Translations under genes and position numbers: made by a program
DNA from: Copranaerobaculum intestinale
GTDB lineage: Bacteria > Bacillota_I > Bacilli_A > Erysipelotrichales > Erysipelotrichaceae
DNA: 32,000 nucleotides
Assembly: GCF_009831105.1 (NCBI RefSeq)
Contig: NZ_WUUQ01000007.1
Location: forward strand, 30,001 to 62,000
Reading direction: 5' to 3'
The notes under the pieces: generated by a model
Told to the model about the DNA's origin: nothing
Database searches by the model: none
What the model saw: the letters and a program-made list of their open reading frames with translations, nothing else
Part shown: positions 24,572-32,000 of the stretch, one piece after another
Position numbering within the stretch: position 1 is the first letter of the stretch
How the letters are laid out: each line of letters begins with the position of its first letter

Positions 24572-25042
24572 ATGTTTTTAAATGCAATCAAACCAGAAAA
24601 AGCACCAAAGGCATTAGGCCCGTACTCTCCGGCAGTTAAGCTTGGAGACTTCGTATACTTATCCGGACAGATCCCATTGGATCCGGAAACCAATGAAATT
24701 GCCGGTTCAACGATCGAAGAACAGGCTCATCAGGTTATGAAAAATATCGGTGTGGTACTTGCGGAAATGGGTCTGGAATACCGTCATATTGTCAAGACGA
24801 CAATTTTTATGAAGGACTTGAATGATTTCAATACCTTGAATGAGATCTATGGTTCTTACTTGTCTGAACCATATCCGGCACGCTCTTGTGTTCAGGTAGC
24901 GAAGCTGCCTAAGGATGTCTTGGTCGAGATCGAATGCATTGTCATCGATACCTTGATCTATGAGCAGCAGCTGGCTGCTCAGCAGGGCGGCTGTGAAGGA
25001 TGCAGCGGCGGATGCTCCGAGGGCGGCTGCGGCGAATGCTAA
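24572..25042 (+). CDS. ridA: RidA (YjgF/YER057c/UK114) family reactive-intermediate deaminase with a Cys/Gly-rich C-terminal extension
   Basis: APKALGPYSPAVKLGDFVYLSGQIPLDP...ARSCVQVAKLP.DVLVEIECI is canonical RidA. An extra roughly 32-aa tail ends GGCEGCSGGCSEGGCGEC. Confidence 0.85.
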   Translation: MFLNAIKPEKAPKALGPYSPAVKLGDFVYLSGQIPLDPETNEIAGSTIEEQAHQVMKNIGVVLAEMGLEYRHIVKTTIFMKDLNDFNTLNEIYGSYLSEPYPARSCVQVAKLPKDVLVEIECIVIDTLIYEQQLAAQQGGCEGCSGGCSEGGCGEC

Positions 25043-25045
25043 TTT

Positions 25046-25075
25046 AAAAAGCCAGAGTTGATCTGGCTTTTTTTA
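25046..25075 (+). terminator. Intrinsic terminator after ridA
   Basis: AAAAA-GCCAGA-gttga-TCTGGC-T7. Confidence 0.65.
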
Positions 25076-25121
25076 TGTTAGGAAAGCTGCTGAATCCTTC
25101 GTATATCACTTGGGGTGAAGT

Positions 25122-25553
25122 ATGATTTTATATATCAAGGAGCTGGATGCAGAGCGATGCTTAATTGTTCTGGACAATCAGAATCGTTATGAATATTATG
25201 AGAATAAAATGGAAGTGCTGCTGGAACGGTTGTGTTTATCCTATGGATTTACGCTGCAGGGTGGAAAAAGAGCTGTCGCTGCGTATTTAAGAATTAAGCG
25301 AATGGTTCCTATCTGTTTAAGCGCTGAACAATCCTACATGTTATTTCCAATTATCGATCATGCTGCTCATCAGCGAATCTGGTTCAATTACGCTTGGATC
25401 GAGACACATATTCATGTTGATCACTGCTGTACCGTTCGGTTTCGAAATGGCGAAGAATTGCAGTGCTCGGTTTCTAAACGAGTGTTTCAAAAGCAGCTGG
25501 ACCGCTGTTATTTTTATTTGTATCTGCGTTATTGTTTGCTTAATCGGCGATAA
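25122..25553 (+). CDS. ComK-family competence transcription factor-like protein (short form, 143 aa)
   Basis: It aligns by eye with the B. subtilis ComK core: C..YG....G.K.......I....PI (RMVPICLS), LFP (MLFPIID), the W-containing strand (RIWFNYAWIE), V.F.NG (TVRFRNGEEL), and S...F..Q (SVSKRVFQKQ). Confidence 0.55.
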   Translation: MILYIKELDAERCLIVLDNQNRYEYYENKMEVLLERLCLSYGFTLQGGKRAVAAYLRIKRMVPICLSAEQSYMLFPIIDHAAHQRIWFNYAWIETHIHVDHCCTVRFRNGEELQCSVSKRVFQKQLDRCYFYLYLRYCLLNRR

Positions 25554-25581
25554 AAAAACTTTCCGATTTTAATCGGAAAGT
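25552..25581 (-). terminator. Intrinsic terminator of the minus-strand ABC-2 operon (the hairpin is also positioned after the ComK-like gene)
   Basis: CTTTCCGAT (25559-25567) / ATCGGAAAG (25572-25580). The T-run is on the minus strand (A7 at 25552-25558 on the plus strand). Confidence 0.6.
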
Positions 25582-26777
25582 CAGGTAATGTTGTGTACCC
25601 GCTGTTTTGTACGTGAGATGACGATACCTAACAGGAAGAATACGATCACAAACAGCCACTGGATGCCATAACCCTGTAAAAGAGAATGCCAATTAGCGAT
25701 GCTTGCGGAGTGAAAGTGGGGAAGCAGGTCATTGATCTTCACATACCAGTAATTCGGCAGAAACGCTGCGACATCCAGAACCTGTTTGGATAATACGGAC
25801 TGCGGTACAAAGTTACCGCAAATAAAGCAGCTTCCTAATGCAAAAACATTCGTAATGCCATTGATCGCTTCCATATTATTGCGGACTCCCCTCAGCAGAT
25901 TGGCAGCCATAAATGCAAAGCTGAGAGCTACCATTGTCATAGTAAAGGAATTGCCGGCATATAACAGCCCCTGCATAGTCAGCATTTCCTTGGTGTTCAG
26001 CAGAATGCTCAAAAGAGTAAACATCAACCAGATTCCTGTACCAAACACAATATTTGCTAAAAACAGCTGCAGATTGAAGGAAGTGTTGGAGATCGGCGAA
26101 GCAAGTGTACGAATATGCACTTCACTCTTGAAGATGCTCATCATGATACTGGCGCCTATTAAGATCATAAGGGATAAAAGGATATAACCCAGAGTATTGA
26201 AATACATAACATTCATTTCCTGCTTGAAGCTTAAATCCTTTTGGTCGACCATGGAGATGACTGCATGCTGCTGATAGACTTTTTTGATCTTTTTATCAAT
26301 TGCTTGATAGCTTAAGCTCGGAGCTGCTTTTTTGTAGCTGGAAACGGAGCTGAGATAAGACTCCACCTTCTGCTCCGCTAAAAAAGCTTCAGTCGCATTT
26401 GCTTTCTTCTGAGTAATCAGCTTGAAATTACTGTTTTGTTCGAGAAAATGTTTCTCAAAGCCTTTGGGAATCATTACGATATAATTGACTTCATTGGCAA
26501 ATAAGGCATCTTTTAGTGCTTCCTCATTGGAATCAATAGTTTTTACCTTCATCGTATGTTTCAGATAATTGGTAAAGGATCTGCTTAAATCGGAGTGATC
26601 TTGGTCGATATAGGCGATGCTGATCACGGTATTGCGAAACGGCGTATTGGCTTTATTAACATCTTTGGTATTGATTGTAGACAAGCCAATCCAGATAATT
26701 GAAAAAATCAACAGATAGGTAAATAAGGTAGATCGCTTCTTATTCAGGATCTTCATATACAGTTTAAAGACTTGCAT
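25581..26777 (-). CDS. ABC-2 type transporter permease
   Basis: An N-terminal transmembrane helix, a roughly 170-aa extracytoplasmic domain, then a C-terminal 5-TM bundle. It overlaps the upstream permease gene by 14 nt. Confidence 0.7.
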   Translation of the reverse strand: MQVFKLYMKILNKKRSTLFTYLLIFSIIWIGLSTINTKDVNKANTPFRNTVISIAYIDQDHSDLSRSFTNYLKHTMKVKTIDSNEEALKDALFANEVNYIVMIPKGFEKHFLEQNSNFKLITQKKANATEAFLAEQKVESYLSSVSSYKKAAPSLSYQAIDKKIKKVYQQHAVISMVDQKDLSFKQEMNVMYFNTLGYILLSLMILIGASIMMSIFKSEVHIRTLASPISNTSFNLQLFLANIVFGTGIWLMFTLLSILLNTKEMLTMQGLLYAGNSFTMTMVALSFAFMAANLLRGVRNNMEAINGITNVFALGSCFICGNFVPQSVLSKQVLDVAAFLPNYWYVKINDLLPHFHSASIANWHSLLQGYGIQWLFVIVFFLLGIVISRTKQRVHNIT

Positions 26778-27885
26778 ATTTTTTCCTCCTTAAGCGGAAG
26801 TAAGCGCATAGGAAACATATTGCTGTAAAGATCAGCAGTGAGATAAAATCATTCCAGAACCGAGGCCCTCCGCCGTAATAATAAACCGAATACAGTGCAT
26901 CTGTGATCATATTGACCGGATTGATCTTAGCCAGCCAGGGAATCGTAGTTTCCACAAAATATTTAACATTTACAGACATCATGCCTGACAGGAAGGAACA
27001 CAGCAGGGTAAAGGCAGTTAATATCATGTTATTTACACCATAATTTTTGGTGGCATAACAGCTGGTAAACATGCCGAGACTGATTCCGGCGCCTGATCCG
27101 GCAAAACTGATCAGCAGGATCATCCATAACTTATCGCCATAGCTGACGCCCAGCACGAATGAGGTATACGCAATTAATATCATAATAATGGTAAAGTGAA
27201 TGATGATATCAATCAGGATATCCACCATCATCGACCGCAGATGATGGGTGGGAGCTACACTGACCCGTGTGCCTTGAGGAGATTGATCGGCTCGCAGATC
27301 ATAAATGCTGCGTTGTCCCCAATAGCCGCCCATTAAAGAGACCATACCAATAATGGTATAAAAGCTGACGGCAAACAGCTGTGCGCTTTCTTCCTCGCTC
27401 TTTTGGATAAATGAAGTATCCTGCATCAGAGCCTTTTCAATCGCTTCCTGCGAAGCGCCCTGCTTAATTAAATCCATTATCATGGCTTCCTTTTGAATAT
27501 AACTGTCCATGAATGTTTTTAATACGGATTCATTCATTCCGCTTCCCTCAACGAGCAATTTTTTCTTATTGACGATGACACCGTCAACTTTATCATCCTT
27601 TAAGAGCTTTTCCGCCTCACTCTTTGATCCGGTCAGGGTAATGTTGAGGATTGCGTCCTCACCCGTGCTTACTTGCTTCAGCACGGCTTGAAAAGCTGTG
27701 TCGTTTTGATAGTCGGTATTGTTTACGACTGCCACATGTATAGCTTTAAAGGTATGATCGGTCAAAGCTGGCTTTAATGCTAAAGAGAAAAAGGTTGCCA
27801 GCATGAGCGGAAAGCATAGAGACCAGAAGATCAAGGTTTTATCAAGCAGCAGACATTTGAATCGATACATCCAAGAATATCGCAT
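26764..27885 (-). CDS. ABC-2 type transporter permease
   Basis: It has the same architecture as its neighbour (TM1, extracytoplasmic domain, 5 TM) and follows the ATPase gene by 10 nt. Confidence 0.7.
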   Translation of the reverse strand: MRYSWMYRFKCLLLDKTLIFWSLCFPLMLATFFSLALKPALTDHTFKAIHVAVVNNTDYQNDTAFQAVLKQVSTGEDAILNITLTGSKSEAEKLLKDDKVDGVIVNKKKLLVEGSGMNESVLKTFMDSYIQKEAMIMDLIKQGASQEAIEKALMQDTSFIQKSEEESAQLFAVSFYTIIGMVSLMGGYWGQRSIYDLRADQSPQGTRVSVAPTHHLRSMMVDILIDIIIHFTIIMILIAYTSFVLGVSYGDKLWMILLISFAGSGAGISLGMFTSCYATKNYGVNNMILTAFTLLCSFLSGMMSVNVKYFVETTIPWLAKINPVNMITDALYSVYYYGGGPRFWNDFISLLIFTAICFLCAYFRLRRKKYASL

Positions 27886-27895
27886 AAATTCCCTC

Positions 27896-28828
27896 CTAAT
27901 CTCTTAACTCTTTCCCGGTGATTTCCAGGAATACATCATTCAGGGTCGGTTTTTCAGAATAAACTTTACCAAATGCGACAGCTTCCCTTTGAAGTGTTTC
28001 CATTAAATGAAGCAAATTGTGATTACCGCCGGTGAATTTCGCTTCCAGTGTTTCTCCCTGGTAATTGCATTCATAAAGATTTTCCAGCTGCTTCAGCTGA
28101 GCAATTTGCGGTGCGGTGATATGAATTTGCTCAACTGTAATTTTTTCTTTCAGGGCAATCATGTTTTTTAACTGTTCCTTAGTACCCTTCGCAATTTGTT
28201 TACCCTTATCCAAAACAATAATACGAGTGCATATTTGTTCTACTTCCTCCATGTAATGAGACGTATAAATAATTGTAGTTCCAAGTGCGTTCAGTTTTTT
28301 GATTCCCTCCAAAATGGCATTACGGCTTTGCGGATCTACTGCAACGGTTGGTTCGTCCATGATTAATAAATCCGGCTTATGGGCAATTCCACAGGCGATG
28401 TTTAAGCGCCGAAGCAAACCGCCGCTTAGCTTGGACGGCCGATATTTTGAAAATTCCTGCAATTCAACAAAACGCAAAGCTTCTTCAACCAGTTGTTTCC
28501 GTTTTGCTGATTCTTTGACATATAAGGAACAGAAATAATCGATATTTTCATAAACCGTCAGTTCTTCAAAAACAGCAACGTTTTGAAGAACCACCCCGAT
28601 CCTGCGTTTAAGATCATAGGCATCCGGCGCCATTGGCTGATCAAACAGGGAAATGTTTCCCTTGTCATATTGCAGCAGTGCCAGAATACAGTTGATTGCG
28701 GTAGTCTTACCGCTTCCGTTGGGTCCGAGCAAGCCTAAGATTTCTCCTTTTTCCACATCCATATTCAAGTGATCAAGCGCGAGCAGATCACCATATCGCT
28801 TTACTAAATTATCTACATGTACAATCAT
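27896..28828 (-). CDS. ABC transporter ATP-binding protein (DrrA/ABC-2 exporter type, with a C-terminal accessory domain)
   Basis: Walker A GPNGSGKTT, signature LSGGLLRRLNIACGI, Walker B LLIMDEPTVAVD, and H-loop TSHYMEE. RBS AGGAGG. Confidence 0.9.
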   Translation of the reverse strand: MIVHVDNLVKRYGDLLALDHLNMDVEKGEILGLLGPNGSGKTTAINCILALLQYDKGNISLFDQPMAPDAYDLKRRIGVVLQNVAVFEELTVYENIDYFCSLYVKESAKRKQLVEEALRFVELQEFSKYRPSKLSGGLLRRLNIACGIAHKPDLLIMDEPTVAVDPQSRNAILEGIKKLNALGTTIIYTSHYMEEVEQICTRIIVLDKGKQIAKGTKEQLKNMIALKEKITVEQIHITAPQIAQLKQLENLYECNYQGETLEAKFTGGNHNLLHLMETLQREAVAFGKVYSEKPTLNDVFLEITGKELRD

Positions 28829-28987
28829 ATGGTATCCTCCTTAATGGTTATATCATAAAGGATCAGCAATTTTGATAACAGTGATATTTCTCGTGAATTT
28901 ATATGACATTTGTCACAAAAACTGAGTTCCTGTGATTGTGCAGGATGCTTTGCCATGGTAAACTGATTGCATATAGAGGATGAAGAA

Positions 28988-30064
28988 ATGACACATTTGA
29001 TCAACCGCATGGTTTTGTTTTCAGTTTGTACGCTCCTATTAGTAACGGGAAATTTCGATCGGCTGCAGATTATCCCGATTTTGTTTTGTCTGATTGTAGA
29101 ACTGTATGAGCTTTACCGTCCGGATCGTAAGCTGTTTATGATAAACTATGTCGGATTCTGTATGCTGATGATTCCGTTTCCGCAGCTGGCCTTTTTTCTG
29201 CCGCTGCGTATATATTCGCTGATTTCCTGGGATTTTCGAATTGGCTTATTAGGTTTTCTGGAGCTGCTTGTCATATATCCGCATGTCAATATTTTGCAGA
29301 TACTCATTTTATCACTGATCAGCAGCCTGCTTGGTTTCTATGCGACAAAGCAGTTGGATATGCGGCAGCGGTTTCTGCAGTTTCGCGATACGCAAAGTGA
29401 GCAGGAGGCGGTTCTGAAACGTCATAATAAAGAATTGTTGGAAAAACAGGACTATGAAATCTATGCGGCCACTCTGCATGAGCGAAATCGCATAGCCCGT
29501 GAAATACACGATCATGTAGGGCATCAGCTTTCCAGCAGTATCCTGCAAGTAGCAGCACTTTCGACGATCGAACAGGATGAGCAGATGAAAGCGCATCTTA
29601 ACACACTGAAACATACTTTGGATCAGGCGATGAATGATATTCGAAGCTCGGTACATGATCTGTATGATGAATCCTTCGATTTACGATCCAGTATTGAAAG
29701 ACTGCTAATCCAGTTCTCATTTTGTGAATGGGATCTTGATTATGATGTACATAGCAGCTTGGAACGAAAATTGAAGTTCAGCTTTATTGCCATTATCAAG
29801 GAAGCGCTGTCCAATGTCAGCCGGCATTCAGATGCAACGATGGTGCATATCCGTGTCATTGAGCATCCGGCGCTGATTCAGCTGCAGATCGATGATAACG
29901 GAAGCGGCATTCAACCGATACAGGAAGAAGGAATTGGACTGCTGAATATGCGGGATCGGGTAGCCAAGCTAAATGGACGCATTCAGATTAGCCAGCATGA
30001 AGGCTTTCATATATTTGTCAGTGTAGACAAGGAGGAGAAAGAGAATGAGAATTATCATCATTGA
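28988..30064 (+). CDS. Sensor histidine kinase, HisKA_3 (NarL/LiaS-type) family, intramembrane-sensing architecture
   Basis: The start was refined to the ATG at 28988 (AGAGGA RBS). It has about 5 N-terminal transmembrane segments without a large extracellular loop, H-box ERNRIAREIHDHVGHQLS, N-box EALSNVSRHS, and G-boxes DDNGSGI and GIGLLNMRDR. Confidence 0.85.
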   Translation: MTHLINRMVLFSVCTLLLVTGNFDRLQIIPILFCLIVELYELYRPDRKLFMINYVGFCMLMIPFPQLAFFLPLRIYSLISWDFRIGLLGFLELLVIYPHVNILQILILSLISSLLGFYATKQLDMRQRFLQFRDTQSEQEAVLKRHNKELLEKQDYEIYAATLHERNRIAREIHDHVGHQLSSSILQVAALSTIEQDEQMKAHLNTLKHTLDQAMNDIRSSVHDLYDESFDLRSSIERLLIQFSFCEWDLDYDVHSSLERKLKFSFIAIIKEALSNVSRHSDATMVHIRVIEHPALIQLQIDDNGSGIQPIQEEGIGLLNMRDRVAKLNGRIQISQHEGFHIFVSVDKEEKENENYHH

Positions 30065-30674
30065 TGATGACCATCTGGTATTAAATTCTTTGAAAATGAT
30101 TCTGGAAGCACAAAGCGATATAGAAGTAGTCGCGATCGGTGATGATGGAGAACAGGCGATTTCCCTGTATCAGCAATATCATCCGGATGTATTGCTGATG
30201 GATATCCGTATGCAAAAAGTCAATGGTTTAGAGGCAAGCATGGCAATATTAAAGGCAGACAGCCAGGCTAGAATCCTGTTATTAACAACATTTAATGATG
30301 ATGAGTACATTGTTCAGGCATTGCGGCTTGGGGTCAAGGGATATATCCTGAAACAGAATTATGATGTGATCTATCCGGCTTTGAAAGCTGTCTGTCAGAA
30401 TCAGCGCGTCTTTAATGATGAGATCATGATGAAGCTCCCAGACCTGATGAAACGAAGTGATCATCCGGATTATGAGAAATGGCAGTTGAGTGATAAAGAA
30501 CAGGAGTTGATTATCCAGGTAGCAAATGGTGCCAGCAATCGGGAGATCGCGAATAATCTTTGTCTCAGCGAAGGTACAGTGAGAAACTATTTGAGTGTCA
30601 TAATGGAAAAAGTACAGGTACGTGACCGTACCCAGTTGGCGATATTTTATTATCAGCATATGTGGAAGCAGTAA
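30045..30674 (+). CDS. Response regulator, NarL/LuxR family
   Basis: A receiver domain (IIIIDDD..., LLMDIRM phospho-Asp, LLLTTF, KGYILK) plus a LuxR HTH (LSDKEQELIIQVANGASNREIANNLCLSEGTVRNYLSVIMEKV). It overlaps the kinase gene by 20 nt. Confidence 0.9.
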   Translation: MRIIIIDDDHLVLNSLKMILEAQSDIEVVAIGDDGEQAISLYQQYHPDVLLMDIRMQKVNGLEASMAILKADSQARILLLTTFNDDEYIVQALRLGVKGYILKQNYDVIYPALKAVCQNQRVFNDEIMMKLPDLMKRSDHPDYEKWQLSDKEQELIIQVANGASNREIANNLCLSEGTVRNYLSVIMEKVQVRDRTQLAIFYYQHMWKQ

Positions 30675-31028
30675 GAAATTTCAATAACGGCTTATTTACT
30701 GAGAATGATGTTTTTATCGCTATATACAGGCAGATGGAAATCTCAATATGGTATTGAATATGTGACCCGCTTTTATTCGATGTTACAAGATACGAAGGCT
30801 TCTGTGATTTTACAAATCAAACTTACATGTCAAGACGCTTATGATATGATGAGCGGTTTCATGCAGGGATGAAAGTATCGTGTTGTATTTTAACGCGATT
30901 ATGATACTGCATTCATGGTTAATAGATAAAAAGAATAACGGTGTTTAAACAATAAAGTTATTTATCAAAAAGCATGGATTAAGATTCAGTTATTCTGATT
31001 TTAAAGTACGAGCTCTATATTCAAACGT

Positions 31029-31059
31029 AAAAGATGCAGATTAAATTTCTGCATCTTTT
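31029..31059 (-). terminator. Intrinsic terminator of the VanZ-RDD gene (stop codon in the loop)
   Basis: AGATGCAGA (31032-31040) / TCTGCATCT (31048-31056). A T-run follows on the minus strand. Confidence 0.6.
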
Positions 31060-32000
31060 GCTTGTTCCTCATTGATGTCGACAGTATTATTTGATGGATT
31101 CTTATCGCTTGATTCTTGCTTTATACGATCTTTCGTTTTTACGATCACTTCATTTGAATCGGTATGATTGGTTTGAGATGAATGATGATCTTCTTGTTCG
31201 CTCGTATGGTTCACAACTGTACTGATCGTATGCAGCTTGGATAAACGGCTGTAATACGGAACATATCGAGAATCTATTAAGGAGATTACGATCTGACCAA
31301 TCGAAAAAAGGAAAAATCCACTGGTGGCCAACGCGCTGATTAAGTAAAAAATTCGCTGTGTCGAAGTGATGAGCAAAAATTGTGCGACCAGGTAATAGAT
31401 CAGAAATGGCATTGGCAGGATCAACCCGTAAAGAATTCCATAATGTAGCAAATACTGATACCACTTTGCGGTATTCCCGTTAGTTTGGATGATCCGGATC
31501 CGTACAAAAAACTTACCGATTGTTTTACCTTTGGTTATAATCGGAATCAAAATATACAGTATCCATATCAGAATCAGATAGCCGACAATCATTATTTCAT
31601 AATCGGTCGTTTGGTGAAGCATGATATCATATGTTACGATCAGCATCATTCCCATACTCAGAAATGCCAGATCGATCAGGAAAGCAAAGCCTTTACGAAT
31701 AATAGAAATCTGCATACCTTTGCGATAAGCGCTTTGATCAAGCTCATCGCGGGTCGGCAGTATTTTAGCGGCCAAAGGAGCAACCAGATAACCCAGCATG
31801 CCTCCAAGGGTGTTCGTGATCAGATCATCGATATCAAACATGCGATAGGGACGGAGATATATGCCGAATAGGGCACTGCGCTGAATACATTCAAAAGAAA
31901 GAGACAAAAGGAAGGTCAACAGTAAAGTTTTCTTCCAGCTGTACTGAAAGTAATAACGCATATAAATACCAAACGGCATCAGCAGAAGGAGGTTGAACAG
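31041..32000 (-). CDS. VanZ-like / RDD domain fusion membrane protein (5' end lies beyond the right edge of the window)
   Basis: The frame stays open upstream of the listed ATG at 31979 (LFNLLLLMPFG, which is the VanZ N(L/I)LLF.PFG motif), so the gene is partial. The VanZ C-part (DIDDLITNTLGGMLGY) is followed by an RDD-type domain (FAFLIDLAFL...GKTIGKFFVRIRII), then an S/T/H/N/D/E-rich low-complexity tail. Confidence 0.7.
   Translation of the reverse strand: MFNLLLLMPFGIYMRYYFQYSWKKTLLLTFLLSLSFECIQRSALFGIYLRPYRMFDIDDLITNTLGGMLGYLVAPLAAKILPTRDELDQSAYRKGMQISIIRKGFAFLIDLAFLSMGMMLIVTYDIMLHQTTDYEIMIVGYLILIWILYILIPIITKGKTIGKFFVRIRIIQTNGNTAKWYQYLLHYGILYGLILPMPFLIYYLVAQFLLITSTQRIFYLISALATSGFFLFSIGQIVISLIDSRYVPYYSRLSKLHTISTVVNHTSEQEDHHSSQTNHTDSNEVIVKTKDRIKQESSDKNPSNNTVDINEEQAKDAEI

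Noticed and set aside
24944-25042. Cys-rich RidA tail as a SCIFF/ranthipeptide-like RiPP precursor.
   Set aside because: It is fused in frame to a complete enzyme. It has five rather than six Cys, in a different spacing. No radical-SAM maturase, protease or exporter lies nearby.
25581-30674. ABC-2 exporter plus two-component system as a lantibiotic or bacteriocin immunity/biosynthesis island.
   Set aside because: There is no precursor peptide, LanB/C/M, protease or bacteriocin-like small ORF in or next to the cluster. The architecture matches generic YvfRS/YvfTU-type detox modules.
1-32000. Looked for CRISPR arrays, long direct or inverted repeats, IS ends, integrase or recombinase genes, tRNA genes and abrupt compositional shifts that would mark an island.
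   Set aside because: None was seen by eye. The repeats found are only terminator hairpins and short operator-like palindromes. A proper repeat or k-mer scan and a GC-skew plot were not possible here and would be needed to be definitive.

Overview
This window looks like an ordinary chromosomal segment of a low-to-moderate-GC Bacillota (Firmicutes)-type genome. The evidence is strong GGAGG-type ribosome-binding sites, many hairpin plus T-tract terminators, L-box and FMN riboswitches with terminator expression platforms, and RibU-, ComK-, YtrA- and YoaP-like genes. I saw no rRNA, tRNA, CRISPR array, transposase, integrase, phage gene or recognisable defence gene, so I cannot point to a new defence-type system.

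The left 5.7 kb is the distal part of a type IV pilus (T4P) locus. It holds the 3' end of a PilO-like gene, a PilX/ComGG-like protein, two unusually large pilins with canonical G|MT(I/L)(L/I)E prepilin sites, a PilB extension ATPase with an MshEN-type N-terminus, and a PilT retraction ATPase. The most unusual object is the second pilin (1899-2900), whose C-terminus carries two tandem modules that look like CBM5/12 chitin/carbohydrate-binding modules. That would make it a modular adhesin pilin.

The rest of the window is mostly housekeeping and transport:
- Three GNAT acetyltransferases, one of them YoaP-type.
- Bcp peroxiredoxin, a ROK kinase without the zinc motif, and a Cof-type HAD phosphatase.
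- A lysine-riboswitch-controlled amino-acid ABC importer.
- A ytr-like ABC operon with its GntR regulator encoded last.
- FMN-riboswitch-controlled ribU.
- A tRNA-type N6-adenine methyltransferase, a choline-kinase-family kinase, rdgB and trmL.
- A short divergent DapF-like epimerase and a CNNM/CBS/CorC transporter.
- RidA with a Cys/Gly-rich tail and a short ComK-like regulator.
- An ABC-2 exporter divergent from a HisKA_3/LuxR two-component system.
- A VanZ-RDD fusion that runs off the right edge.

All functional calls come from motif recognition by eye. None was checked against a database.
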